This document shows positions 1-12,642 of a stretch of DNA of 64,000 nucleotides, in pieces. Source of the DNA: Phyllobates terribilis (lineage: Eukaryota); the NCBI RefSeq assembly GCF_046119375.1, contig NW_027362765.1, positions 223,510,001-223,574,000 on the forward strand. The letters run 5' to 3'. Below the pieces are notes generated by a model. The model was not told where the DNA came from. It saw only the letters and a program-made list of their open reading frames with translations, and did no database searches. How positions within the stretch are numbered: the stretch's first letter is position 1; each line of letters starts with the position of its first letter. Made by a program: the position numbers and the translations under genes.

Positions 1-592
1 AATTGGATTATTTTTTTATGCACTAATCTGAACCTGGCTAAAAAATGAAACATGGATTGATATTTACTACTTAATTTTTCCATCCAGGTTTCATGCATTT
101 TAACTGATCATTTAGTGTCAGTGGATAAATAAAAGTTCAGACAGCTTATCTCCTTCATCATTTTAAAAAAAGACACGGACGAGAAGAAAAACGTGTCTTT
201 TCCAGATGTCCCAGATATAGTAATGTAGTGAGGTTAGGACTCCTCAGCAAGTCTAGGACAAGTCGGCTGCTGAACACATTTGTGCAACCGGTCTGCGCTT
301 CAGCGGTACTGAAGCAGCTGCCGTCACATGCAAGTTACATTGAGGTTTATGGCAGCAGAGTCATGAGCAACTTGCATTGTATAATGATGAATCTAACCCA
401 GAGTGGATTCCTTGCCGCCCTCTTGTTAGATACCATGCGACCCCATTGACTATCATTGGATGCGGTTCTGCCTGGCTGCAGTCTCCCTCTTCTGTATACT
501 CCTGCATTATAATTTCATATATTCCCTCCTCGCTGCTCTGTGTGTTTTGTGGCTGCCAACACACTAATTCCTGAGTTTTTCCTGGCGTGTAG

Positions 593-665
593 GCCAAGCT
601 GCCATTTGATGCCAACAAGCTGTACTGCAGTGAAATTCTGGCCATTCTTCTCCAGAATAACGATG
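593..665 (+). CDS. CTNNBL1: CTNNBL1 coding exon ([24 protein letters not shown])
   Basis: tgtag|GCC acceptor, G|gtaag donor; 73 bp, ends in phase 1. Confidence 0.95.
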
Positions 666-3600
666 GTAAGAGGATTAGGGTTTTACTGTATTGTTTCTGC
701 CTTCTGTTATTTGTGGATTGGATTTAGTGTTCAGCTGACTGCGCTGAAGCATTCCATCACCTTCCTCGCATCCAGTCCTCTCCTCGTCCTGACACCACTC
801 TCCCTCTCTCCTTTCCTCTTCTCCCTCCTCAGCCTCATGTACCATCTTGCCCTGTGTCACTGTGTATTGATCCTCTCTGCTGATGGATTTATTCTTCTGT
901 GCTGACATTATCTTCCTTTCTCTCAGACACTCGGGAACTCCTGGGGGAGCTGGATGGAATAGACGTGCTGCTTCAGCAGTTATCGGTGAGCGCCTCCTAC
1001 TCCCTGCCCGCTTACACCTTGGCACCTCTCCGAGCATACGGTGGTAGACTGCTGTCTCAGCTTTTACAAGAGAATGTCACTGCGCACCTGCCTGAGATAC
1101 TGTCTAATGCCAAGCCCCATGCCACCCAGACTCTGCTAAAATATTGATTATTGCTATTCTTCACATCATTTTCTCATGTCTAGCTTTTATCTTTCTGCCA
1201 ATTCCCAGTGTGGCATACACCCATTTCACAGCAATCACTTTTAATGTGGTTTACAGCTTTGATCAGGAGCCATACATTCATTAGGATCTATACAGGTATA
1301 TACTATATACATTTAAATGAACATATTCCAGCTCAAGTATCTGCTACATATTTTTTGCAGTGCTCTTTATATAATTGGTAGTTTTCTCGACGCCTCTTTG
1401 TCATCTGCAAGGGTTGTCATATAGCCTATAAGCAAAATCGCATTCTCTTTAGGTACTGGGAGAAGGCCATCTATATTGCTTAGAGCTGGCATTGAGATTT
1501 TCTACAGATTATCGTAATCTGTGTGGACCGTTTCAAAATTGAGAACATCAGCCTACCCACTCTGGTGCCAGCTAAATACAGATCCCAGTTTTTTGCCATA
1601 TAATCTGAGATCAGTATAATGTAGGGACAGAGACCCTGACTCTAGTGATATGTCACTTAGCTGCTTGTTTGAGTTTCATTAAAATCCTTGTTTTATCGGC
1701 AGGAGATCATTTCTAGAGGACTAGTAAACCTGCTGCCATGTAGTCCTCCATATTCATGCGCTCTGTATAACCCCACCCCCAGCACAGATTGGCAGCTTTC
1801 TGCCTATGCAGAGTGTACTCAGAAAGCTGCCATTCAATAGTGTGGTTAAGTTATACAAAGAACTGGTAGGTCTGTGCAGATAAAACAGTGATTTTTATCA
1901 AAACTACAGCAAGCAGCTCAGTAAGTGACACATTGCTGTAATCAGGACCTCTGACTCTACATCATGCAGCTCTCAGATTACACAACAAAAACCTGATGAC
2001 AGATTCCCTTTTAAAGACATCTCGTCTCTTCCTTTCACATAATACAGATGCCAGATCTAGTACCAGTACGATGTGTATGGCTCTTGGCGTATACGCCTTT
2101 GGGGATACTCTTAGGTTTATGTATTTTGGGTGAACTTATGCATTGAACATAGTGTGTCGCTGAGTATTTTGCTTCCTCTTAGGTGTTTAAGCGGCATGAT
2201 CCTAGCACCGCAGAGGAGCAGGAAATGATGGAAAACCTGTTTGATGCCCTTTGCTCATGCCTAATGTTGAGCAGTAACAGAGACCGATTCCTGAAAGGTG
2301 AAGGACTGCAGCTCATGAACCTTATGCTTAGGTGAGGTGCTCCCAATTTTAAAGACTTCTGAAAGCAAGCAGTGTAATAAATGTGCTGCTTTATGAACAT
2401 GTATTACTGATATTAGCCCGCGTGTGTTAGTTGCACCAATGTCCTGTAATCCTTGGTCCTTTGCAGAGAGAAGAAAATGTCCCGCTGTAGCGCTCTTCGG
2501 GTGCTGGACCACGCCATGATTGGCCCTGAAGGCAGTGACAACTGCCACAAGTTTGTAGACATCCTCGGTCTCAGGACCATCTTTCCACTCTTCATGAAAT
2601 CGCCCAAAAAGATGAAGAAAAGCGGTGTTTCCGAGAAGGAACACGAGGGTGAGGACGCAAAGAAACTGGCGCTGTGCATTGCAGGATGATTTGTGGCATT
2701 GCCACCGGCACCAACAATGCTCCGCGCCTCAGCAGTGCAGTCCGCCACGGCTCAGAGAGCACAAGGTTATAAGTAGGGCATAAATGCTGTCAATGACACG
2801 TCTTGTCTTATCCAGCTTAGCATCCCAGAGACGTTATTCTTACTGCATATCTATTCTCTTCTGCAGGAAGTCCTTGTAGACTTTCAGAGGAGTAGTTTCC
2901 CGAGGTTGGACTAATCCATCTGATTACCCAGGAGCACACAGCACGCATTGCTTTTAGACCGTGTTCCCATGTGACGCTGTTAGTCACTTTGTGATGGCAG
3001 GAAACTAAAGCCCTGAATGCTGCTGTTATTTTCCCAGTAGCAAATGTCACTGTCATTCCTGCTCTGACCTTTATCACAGGCTCCTCTGACTTGGCTTTTA
3101 TGTGGATAAAGTTGCCATTCGTTTTTTTGTGAGATTTTCCACACTGCGGTCTAAATACGAAAAAAAAATAAAAGGCTATATTTTATTTTAGTGATGCAGA
3201 AATAGTTTCCCAGTAAGTGTAAAGAAATCACCAATAAATGACTTGTTTCCATCCAGCTTTACTGGCATACTGAAGGGTAATATTGGCTAACGATGTAACA
3301 ACTGGCATAGTTTCTTGGCACAAGCAAGCAGACATGCTGTTCATAAGTCTGGAAATCAGACTTATTATAATGGGAAATAATTAAATGGTGGTTATATTGG
3401 TTAAGTAAGCACACAAATGAAAAGGGGAAACTGATTTGTAATGAGTCCCACATGTCTGCTGGGCTGTGCCTGCTAGTGCAGCTCAGTCCTATTCACTTAC
3501 ATGGGTATGGTCTATTATACCAGGCCCAGACCATGGATAAGAGTTTCACTGTTTGAAGAAACTTGCCAACCCCTTTAATTCCTTTGTATAAAATGACGCA

Positions 3601-6600
3601 CATGTTTGTACATGCGGGGGTTACAGTCAGTAGATGTCGGCTATATAACACAGCTGGTATCTGTGTTTAACAGCAGATACCGGAGCTCTGATCACTGCTG
3701 TTAACCATTTAGATGCTGCTGTCAAACGGACATATACTACATAGTCTAATGGGTATATAACCCCCTGACTCCCCCTACATACCCCACAAAAACCTTTTGA
3801 AACTCACCCACGCTCTGTAAATCCTGCCGGATCGTTCTGATAGGCGTCCTTGCTGAGGCGTCTATGCCTCCTTCTGATTGCTGTCCTCCTGCTCTGATTG
3901 ATGTGGATGATGCCTCCTGCATCATCCACATAGCCGGGCAAAATCTCGTCTGTGCATTAACATCGGCGGCTCATGCCTGTGCACTTTGCTCTGCCCTGCT
4001 CCGGGCAGAGGACGGAACATAAGGGCGCACGCGTAGTTATGTTTTAGGCTCTGCTCGCAATAGGGCAGAGCAGAGTGCGCAAGTGAAAGCTGGCGATGTC
4101 TCTCCGCAAGCGAGAATTTGCCTGGTTGTGGATGATGCAGGAGGCGTCATCCACGTTAATCAGAGCAGGAGGACGGCGATCAGAAGGAAGCAAGGACGCC
4201 TGGATGCCTATCGGACCGGTCCGGCAGGATTTACAGGTTTTTGGGGGAGTATACAACAGGGCTGTTGATTTGGTAACCCAATCCACCAACTAAGACACCT
4301 CAATTTCCCTGACATCTGACTCCACCGCGCTGCCTCCACTACTGAGCGTGTACATAAAGTGCTGCACAGATTCATCTCAACTAAAAGTCTAGATCCTTAG
4401 ATCAGGAACAGAACAGACATTTATAGGACATTTCATAACTTTCCCAAATTCTTATGAAAACATTTACTGCACATTCTGCATTGTACTACTGTACTCAATT
4501 TATTATATATTTTAGGAGACGGTCCGTTACATACCGACTCCACCAAAATGGACACCGACTCAGTCTCCACAGCCCTGGTACAGGGGGAGTCAGGGGGTTA
4601 TATACCCCTTTATGGAATGCAGCACAGCCGCTGATTTAATGTGCTTGTCTTCGTTCAGATATGAAAAAACTGATGATGGGTTTACTTTAAGACAAACCAT
4701 AGGGATCACTTGTATGTCATTAAAGAAGCACTCTATACATTTTCATATCAGCGTTTCTATTGTAACTGGTCATTTTTACTATACAGAACATATCTGTTCC
4801 ATCTTGGCTTCATTACTGCGGAATCTGAAAGGGCAGCAGAGAACCAGACTACTCAACAAGTTCACCGAGAATGACAGCGAGAAGGTGAGTGTCGGTCAGA
4901 AAGGCTTGTCCCCATAGCATGTTATACTGAGATTTGCTGTGTGTCTTAGGAACCGTCTGCTCCTTATCTGAAGCATTTCCATTTACCAGGTGGACCGCCT
5001 TATGGAGCTGTATTTCAAGTATTTAGAAGCTGTGCGGGTGGCTGACAAGAAGATTGAAGGCGAGAAACACGTTAGTATCGTGCAGTCCCACATTTCCTAA
5101 GGCACTTAATGTTGTGTGTAGGACACATTGTCCAGTCTACCTCTACCATGCAAATCAGAAATTATAGTATGTCTACCTCTATGTGAGGCCGCTCTTCTAG
5201 TTGCCCACCATTGACAGGGGCTGTGTAGTCATCAGCACCCTGCAAATGGAGGAGAATCTATTTTGCAGTGATTCTGTTGATGGAGGAGCTATTCCTGCAC
5301 CGCTCAAAATCCTTTCAAAATCTACATTAATAATAAAAGAAATCTCTGATTATAGCTGAACATGTCTGGCCATTGACTGAAAAGTCTAAGCTAATCATTT
5401 GAGTCCATCATTGGGCATCTGCAATCATGAAAATCTCAATTATTTGTTTTTTTTTCAAATATCTATTTTTGTTTCTCAAAAGGCAAAGAATGTGATAAAA
5501 CTGCAATAATCAATACCTGAATTTAAAGGTGTTGTCGACTAAGGGACAATCCCTTGTTAATGATATCAGGGAGGTGGGGAAAAAACTCACCTGCTGGACC
5601 AGTGCTCACATGACACTGAATGGCTTTAAAGGGCTACATTGATTGTACTGAACAGGCATGCCAGTGACACACTCCTTGTTACTGTTTCTCTGCTTTGGAT
5701 GGTAAATGAGGGTCCTGAACTTGGTTTTACCTCCTCTATGGACTCAGAATTGCTTAATGGTGTTTGAGAACTGGTCTCCTAAACCAGGCTAACCTTTTTC
5801 CTGCCAAGGATATATCTTCTACGTCATTGCAGGGTAACAGCTTGGAAGCCAAGGACAAAATGAGATCCATCCTGGCTACTACTGGCCATATCATAGCAGC
5901 CATCCCGCTAATATTCTCAGCTTTAGGCTACGGCCCCACTATCAGTATTCGGTCAGTATTTTTTCTCAGGAATGGGAGCCAAAACCAGGAGTGGGTGATA
6001 AATGCAGAATTGGTGACTTGTTTCTATTATACTTTTCCTCTGATTGTTCCACACCTGGTTTTTGCTCCCACTCCTGAGAAAAAATACTGACCGAATACTG
6101 ACCAAATACTGATATCGGGGCCGTCGTCTTATACTGAGAACTTTATGACCGTTACCTCTGACTTCCTTAACTTATAAATAGGGATGAGCGAACCCAAACA
6201 TGTTCCGGTACCGAATCCCAAACACGGACTTCTTATTGTACGCCCGGTTTACTCTTCGGGTTCGGCAGATTAATAAAGCTTGTTGAAAGGCTGCTGCATA
6301 GCCTATCAACAAGCTTTTCCGATGTGGGCACTTCCGGCACCATCACAGCTATGGCAAGTATTGGCATTGGTGTGATTGGCCGGCGGACCATGTTAAAAAA
6401 AAAAATAATAAAAGAAACGTGGGGTCTCCTCTATTTTTGATAACAAGCGCAGGTAAAGCCGATAGCTGCAGCCCTCAGCTGTCTGCTTTATCTTGGCTGT
6501 GTATCAAAAATAGAGGGGCCCCCACGCCAATTTCTTCTTTAATTGTATAAATAATTGAAAAAAAAAAACGCCGTGGGGTCCCCCTTCATTTTTTGATAAC

Positions 6601-9600
6601 CAGCCAAGGTAAAGCTGGGGGGCTGGTATTCTCGGGCTGGGAATTTCCATGGATATTTGGTCCTCACCAGCCTAAATATAGCAACCCGCAGCTGCCCCAG
6701 AAAAAGCGCATCCATTAGATGTGCCAATTTTGGCGCTCTGACCAGCTCTTCCCGCTTGCCCTGGTGCGTTGGCAATCGGGTTAATATTTGAGGTTGATGT
6801 CAGGTGTGTAATGTCCGCTGATATCACGCCCATAGGTTAGTAATGGGACGGCGTCTATCAGATACCCCCATTACTAACTTACTAACCCGGTAAGCGAGAG
6901 GGTTAAAAAAAAAAAAAAAAAAGACAGACACGCAAGTAAAAAAAAAATACTTTATTTGAATAAAGATTACCCCACACTCCCTCATTTACCCATTTATTAA
7001 AAATAAATCCAGGAAGTTCCTACGGTAATTCAATAGATGGTGAAATGTCCCATGATGCCCATCAAATCCTATGGAGTGGAGTCTTGTGAGAAAGTTCTCA
7101 GAACGAGACTTCATAGTTCTCTCCCGTTCAGCAGCAGGCACGTAAATTCTCACGCTCCTGCCTGCCACTGACTCTGAGTAACCCTATGGAATCTCATTCT
7201 GAGAGCTGTTCTGTCTGCTTTGCCTTAGCTGGTTATTAAAAATAGGGGGGGCCCCACTTCATTTTTTTAAGGGTCCCCTTATTTTCAATAACCAGCAATG
7301 GCAAAGCAGACAGCTGGGGGCTGATATTAATAGGTTGGGAAGGTCCATGGATATTTTCCCATTCCCAGAATAAGAAGACCAGCTCACTGCTGTCTGCTTT
7401 CGCTTGGCTGGTTATTAAAAGTAGGGGGGGCCCCACTTCGTTTTTTTATTAGTATTTATTTATTAGTAATGAATGAAAAACCCGACATGGGGGTCCCCCC
7501 TATTTTTAATAACCAGCTAAGGGAAAGCAGACAGCTGCGGGCTGATGTTAATAGGCTGGAAATGCCCATGTTTGTTGGGCCATTCCCAACCTACAAATAT
7601 CAGCCTACAGCCACCCCAGAAGTGGCCAATCATATTTGATGCGCCAATTCTGTCACTTGGCCCCATCTCTTCCCAATTGCCTTAGTGCAGTGGCAATCGG
7701 GTAATTGTTTTTGGGATTAGTAATGGAGATATGTCTGTCAGACACCCCCACGGCAAAAACGGGGAGAACCTAAAAACTCCTTGTAGAAGCTGTACTTGGT
7801 GGCATTTGATCCCAGGACCCCAGCACTGAAAAGCAAAAGTGCTAACCACTGAGCTGCCTTGCTGCCCATTCAGTGGCCGGAAGTTTTGTGAAGCGGAACT
7901 GCACAGCTCTGTCAACTGTATAATGGCCTTATCGGGGTACTACAGATCTACCTTTATTCAAATGAATAGTCATGGATGTGAAGTACCTGGCTGCGGCCGT
8001 TAAACAGTTGTCGGAGCTGTGTAGTTCCATTCCACAGCTGATCGGCGGGAGTGCTGGATGTCAAACCCCACCGATCTCGTATTGAGGACAGACCATTAAT
8101 ATAAAAATACCGGATTACCCCTTTAAATATGTGTGGCGTACCTAATCTGTTTGTTCATGCTTTTAGGCAATAATACCAATATTTCTGCTCTTTATTTTCG
8201 TAAAAAAAAAACATGAACGCAAAATTGCATCAAGGTGCCTGTGTTTATAAAGTGCTGAGTGGCGTTTTGACAGTGTTAGATGTCTACATTCAGGAAATAT
8301 ATTATATATTTATAATTTATAAATATAATATATTATTATATATGTATTGAGGGGTTAATAGCAATTTTTTGAATTTAGTAATTTAAGTTATTTGTACAGA
8401 TCAAAAGTGCAAAAATTGTCCTGGCTACGAGATGTGCAAAACAGTTAAAGGGTGTCTGTCATGCCCCCAAACGCTATTAACCTGCAGTTATAGCACTAAC
8501 CAGTAGATTAAGAGCATTGCAATGGTGTCCGGCCACTGCACTGAAAGAGCTGCTACCGGGAGAAAATGAATTTTTGTTCCTCCCTGGAGCTGCCAGCTTT
8601 CAGTCCTAGAGGTGTGCACAGAGCAGGTACAGTCACTGCTCAGTACACTGCGAGCTGCAGCTGTAAGCACGCCTCGGCACTGACTGACAGCCAGCTGTAC
8701 AGCTCTATCTGTGCAGAACGAGCGGTCAATCACAGTGCCGGGACATGCTTACAGCCTCTACTCACTAATGTGTTGACTGATGACTACCCTTTCCGTGCAC
8801 ACCTCTATGACTGAAAGCTGGCGGTTCCCTTGAGGAATAAATTATATTTTCTCCCAGTAGCAACACTTTCAGTACAGTGGCCAGACACCCTTGTAACGCT
8901 ATTAATCTGCAGGTTAATAGTTTGGGGACATGACAGCATCCCTTTAAGGGCTCTCTTGAAATTTCATATTAAAGTTTACAGGGTAACAAGCCTTATTGAT
9001 TTTTAGTTGTTTTTTTTATGAAAAAAATCTGACATTAAAGTTTTGTAAAAAGAGTAATAGCCCATCCTCTGAACTGGGAAAACAGTGTGCTGTTGTCGAG
9101 CTACCATTCATCACTTTTTCTTTCTCTAACTAGGACATGGTGCGGCGTGGTGAAATACTAGATGATGATTTGGAAGACGAATTTTACCTGCGCAGACTTG
9201 ATGCTGGGCTGTTCCTCCTTCAGCTGCTGTGTTACATCACTGCAGAGCTCTGCAACAGTAGCATGCCACAGGTGACTGCAGCGCCGCCTGATAGATCATC
9301 TATTGGGGAATGCAGCATGACTTGTCTTCAGTACAAAGTTATTAACCCGTGCACCTTTTACATAAACCAGAACGATGGTTCTTTCCTTTATTGTCCGTCG
9401 CAGTGATTTTCTAGACTGACTTTTATGATTGAAGCTTGTATTGTGTGCTCTCTGCCTTCATACTCTGTCCTATCTGCTTTGCTGTAGGTACGACAGAGAG
9501 TAATGCAGATTTTGAACATGAGGGGCAGCTCCATCAAAATCATTCGACATATATTGAAGGGTGAGTATTAAACAGTGTTTCAGCTTGTCATATTCATTCA

Positions 9601-12036
9601 AGGTGGAAACACTTTTGTCCATGTGCCCTATTGTAAAGGGCCCCCTTACAGTAACCATTAATTAGGGTCACACTTTTTAACTTGATTTCGTCACTAGTTC
9701 ATTCATACGGCTATTTGCAGCTTTCTCTGGCAATAGGTTATAGCTAGAAATGTCTGCAACCCCTTTAACAGACTGTAATAAACTATGCAGGTAAAGGGCA
9801 TTTTCTTAGAATAATATTATATTCTTTTGGGTGGAATTGTCCTGAAAATGAAATGTTACTGAATTTAATCAAAGAAAATAGTACAGATACAGTGGGGAAA
9901 ATAAGTATTTGATACACTGCCGATTTTGCAAGTTTTCCCACCTACAAAGAAAGGAGAGGTCTGTAATTTCTATCATCAGGTACAGTTCAACTGTGAGAGA
10001 CAACCTAAAAAAAAAATCCAGAAAATGACATTGTATGATTTTTTACATAATTCATTAACATTTTATTGCATGAAATAAGTATTTGATACAATAGAAAAAT
10101 GAAAACTTAATATTTGGTATTGAAACGTTTGTTTGCAATTAGAGGTCAGACGTTTCCTGTAGTTCTTGACCAAGTTTGCACACACTGCAGCAGGGATTTT
10201 GGACCGCTCCTACATACAGATCTTCTCCAGATCTTTCAGGTTTTGGGGCTGTCGCTGGGTAACATTGAGTTTCAGCTCCCTCCAAAGATTTTCTATTGGG
10301 TTCTTGTCTGGAGACTGGTTAGGCGACTCCAGAACCTTGAAATGCTTCGTACGGAGCCACTCCTTAGTTACCCTGGCTGTCTGTTTCGGGTTATTGCCAT
10401 GCTGGAAGACCCAGCTACAACCCATCTTCAATGCTCTTACTGAGGGAAGGACATTGTTGGCCAAAATCTTGCAATACATGACCCCATCCATCCTCCCTTC
10501 AATACAATTCATTCGTCCTGTCCCTTTTGCAGAAAAGCACCCCCAAAGTATGATGTTTCCCCCACCATGCTTCATGGTTGGGACAGTGTTCTTTGGGTTG
10601 TGCTCATCCTTCTTCCTCCAAGTCGGCGAGTGGAGTTGATACCAAAAAGTTCTATTTTGGTCTCATCTGACCACATGACTTTCTCCCATGCCTCCTCTGG
10701 ATCATCCAGATGGTCATTGGCTAACTTCAAATGGTCCTGGATATGTGCTGTCGTGAGCAGGGGGGGACCTTGCGTGCCCTGCAGGATTTTAATGCATGAC
10801 GGCGTAGTGTGTTACTAACTGTAATGTTTGAGACTGTGGTCCCAGCTCTCTTCAGGTCATTGACCAGGTCCTCCCATATAGTTCTGGGCTGATTCCTGAC
10901 CTTTCTCAGAATTATCCTTACCCCATGAGGCGAGATCTTGCATGGAGTCGCAGACCGAGGAAGATTGACAGTCATCTTGTGTTTCTTCCATTTTCTAATA
11001 ATTGTGCCAATGGTTGTTGCCTTCTCACCAAGCTGTTTGCCTATTGTCCTGTAGCCCATCCCAGGCTTGTGTAAGGTCTACAATTTTGTCCCTGGTGTTC
11101 TTAGACATCTCTTTGATCTTGGCCATGGTGGAGAGGATGGAATGTGATTGAGTGTATGGACAGGTGTCTTTTATAGAGGTAGCGAGTTCAAACAGGTGAA
11201 ATTAATACAGGTAATGAGTGCAGAGTAGGAGGGTTTGTTAAAGAGAAACTAACAGGTCTGAGAGCCAGAATTCTTGCTGGTTGGTAGGTGATCAAATACT
11301 TATTTCGTGCAATAAAATGCTATTTAATTATTTAAAAATCATGCAATGTGATTGTCTGTGTTTTTATTTTTAGATTCTGTCTATCACAGTTGAGGTGTAC
11401 CTACGATAAAAATTACAGACCTCTCCATTCTTTATAGGTGGGAAAACTTGCAAAATTGGCAGTGTATCAAATACTTATTTTCTCCACTGTACATGTAATA
11501 TTATGGATCTGAAAGTCCCACAAGGAGGCAAAATTATGGAGAATATAGTGTATACTCAATATATATCTACACAACAGATCATTAATGGTGTGTTGGACCG
11601 CAGGTGCTGATAGGCTATGTATTAACTGGTCACTTACTGGCCTGTTAAACCTAAAAGGCCTTGCATACAGAATCATTTGGTACACATGTTTTCATGGGGC
11701 GATGTCCTGCCAAGAGCGATGATTTTGATGCCCGCATAAAAATCATTGCACCCGATGAACAAGCTTCTTGGTTGTTAAACTGGTGCTTGCCATCTTCTTT
11801 AGCTGGGCTGATTTAGATGGGAACGACTATTCCTACAAACACCAGTTCTCCGATTATTGACCATTACTGTTTATTAGATGTGGCTGCCAAAAACCCAGTT
11901 ATGCTGTGTAACAATTAATATTTGTTAAAATGTTTTATCTGTTGCAGAATATTCTGAGAACATCGGTGACGGGAAGAGTGCAGATTTCCGGGAGAGTGAG
12001 CAAAAGCGAATCCTGGAGCTGATAGAGACATTGTAA
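593..12036 (+). CDS. CTNNBL1: Beta-catenin-like protein 1, 3' portion of gene (9 coding exons, equivalent to about human exons 8-16; 5' exons lie upstream of the window)
   Basis: Spliced translation [64 protein letters not shown]...[10 protein letters not shown] is colinear with the human CTNNBL1 C-terminal half as I recall it. All introns are GT-AG with compatible phases. Confidence 0.97.
927..985 (+). CDS. CTNNBL1: CTNNBL1 coding exon ([20 protein letters not shown])
   Basis: ctctcag|AC acceptor, TCG|gtgagc donor; 59 bp. Confidence 0.95.
1572..2012. mobile_element. Fold-back MITE, T2/Kolobok-like (degenerate left end)
   Basis: Arms gtcacttagctgcttg...ttttatcggcag and gcagataaaacag...caagcagctcagtaagtgac are reverse complements; right end reads tgacagattccctt-TTAA. 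Confidence 0.65.
2183..2331 (+). CDS. CTNNBL1: CTNNBL1 coding exon ([49 protein letters not shown])
   Basis: ctcttag|GTG acceptor, AG|gtgagg donor; 149 bp. Confidence 0.96.
2467..2648 (+). CDS. CTNNBL1: CTNNBL1 coding exon ([23 protein letters not shown]...SEKEHE)
   Basis: ttgcag|A acceptor, G|gtgagg donor; 182 bp; overlaps ORF 2453..2689. Confidence 0.96.
3749..4612. mobile_element. Fold-back MITE, T2/Kolobok-like, with nested insertion
   Basis: gggtatataaccccctgactccccct (~3751) is the exact reverse complement of agggggagtcagggggttatataccc (~4582-4607); long internal inverted arms ~3810-4250. Confidence 0.75.
4257..4577. mobile_element. Small non-autonomous element with CAGGGCTG...CAGCCCTG termini (hAT-like MITE) nested in the previous MITE
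   Basis: 8-bp terminal inverted repeat and ccgactcc-type subterminal motifs; splits the right arm of the host MITE; TSD degenerate (gtatacaa / gtacaggg). Confidence 0.6.
4787..4884 (+). CDS. CTNNBL1: CTNNBL1 coding exon ([33 protein letters not shown])
   Basis: atacag|AA acceptor, AAG|gtgagt donor; 98 bp. Confidence 0.96.
4990..5070 (+). CDS. CTNNBL1: CTNNBL1 coding exon ([27 protein letters not shown])
   Basis: accag|GTG acceptor, CAC|gttagt donor; 81 bp. Confidence 0.95.
5926..6128. mobile_element. Harbinger/Tourist-like MITE
   Basis: TTA on both sides (5923-25, 6129-31); ends ggctacggcccc / ggggccgtcgtc; arms cagtattcggtcagtatt / aatactgaccgaatactg. Confidence 0.75.
6179..7740 (+). mobile_element. 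hAT-like left end (TAGGGATGAGCGAA) followed by an interspersed repeat related to 41180-41900
   Basis: Terminus resembles 17757 and 43216; the block ccccagaaa...gctcttccc...ggttagtaatgg...ccattactaac recurs at ~41490-41680; internal partial duplications 7200-7740. Confidence 0.55.
8449..8943. mobile_element. T2/Kolobok-type MITE
   Basis: TTAA at 8445-48 and 8944-47; TIRs agggtgtctgtcatgcccccaaacgctattaacctgcag / ctgcaggttaatagtttggggacatgacagcatccct; internal palindrome. Confidence 0.85.
9134..9271 (+). CDS. CTNNBL1: CTNNBL1 coding exon ([30 protein letters not shown]...SSMPQ)
   Basis: aactag|GAC acceptor, CAG|gtgact donor; 138 bp. Confidence 0.96.
9488..9560 (+). CDS. CTNNBL1: CTNNBL1 coding exon ([24 protein letters not shown])
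   Basis: ctgtag|GTA acceptor, G|gtgagt donor; 73 bp. Confidence 0.96.
9890..11489 (-). mobile_element. Full-length (1600 bp) decayed Tc1 DD34E element in the last CTNNBL1 intron
   Basis: TA TSD at both ends; ~200-bp IR/DR TIRs (cagtggggaaaataagtatttgatacac); broken transposase 11126->10107 ([34 protein letters not shown]); 34 residues between second D position (here G) and E. Confidence 0.92.
11948..12036 (+). CDS. CTNNBL1: CTNNBL1 last coding exon ([29 protein letters not shown])
   Basis: ttgcag|AA acceptor, TAA stop at 12034-12036; 29 aa, same length as the human last-exon peptide. Confidence 0.96.
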
Positions 12037-12247
12037 AAGATTAGCCGTAATTCATTCCTAGAACAATACAGAGTTTGCAGAGCATTGCACAATTCCAGGA
12101 CTTCGGATATCTGTTTTTTTTGTATATACTGATTTGGGATCAGATGTATTAGACATCGGGTTTCTGCCTACTCTCTGTGATTAGTGGGAAGTTTATTGAA
12201 AATCACTTTTATGTGTGTCCTATTTTTATAAAAAAAAAAAAAAAATC

Positions 12248-12253
12248 ATTAAA
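12248..12253 (+). terminator. Candidate poly(A) signal ATTAAA of CTNNBL1
   Basis: ATTAAA about 210 nt after the stop, following a genomic A16 run (12230-12245) and followed by T-rich sequence. Confidence 0.5.
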
Positions 12254-12642
12254 TATTCGACTGTCTATTCTTAGTTATTTAAGGTTATCGGAGGTCATGT
12301 GATCATATTGAGGCTGATTGTTTACATTTTTAAAGGGAAATTCCATTCTAAAGGTGGCCATCCACATCAGATAATCGTCAGCCAATGGCTATCCTTTTTG
12401 ATCCCCTAATCTTTATTGGGGAGAAGAGCCTAAGCCAATGCCGGACACTTCTATCACGTGATACCCCTGTGATAGATCATGTGATAGTTCACATGAAATT
12501 AATTTGGCACAATTTTAATATGTTAATTATAATAATTTTTTTGCATTAATTGTATAACTTAATATTGAGCACAATTAAGTATGCTGACATCACCTATGTA
12601 CAGTATGAGACCCTACACGCAATATGAGCTGCCATAATCCTC

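Noticed and set aside
9272-9406. Extended coding exon suggested by ORF 9137..9406 (likewise the extensions of ORFs 899..1147, 2453..2689 and 4612..4917)
   Set aside because: Similarity to CTNNBL1 stops exactly at canonical GT/AG sites; the extensions are intronic
12230-12245. A16 run as the tail of a retrocopy
   Set aside because: The gene has introns and no TSD is evident; it is a genomic A-run in the 3' UTR and a likely oligo-dT mispriming site
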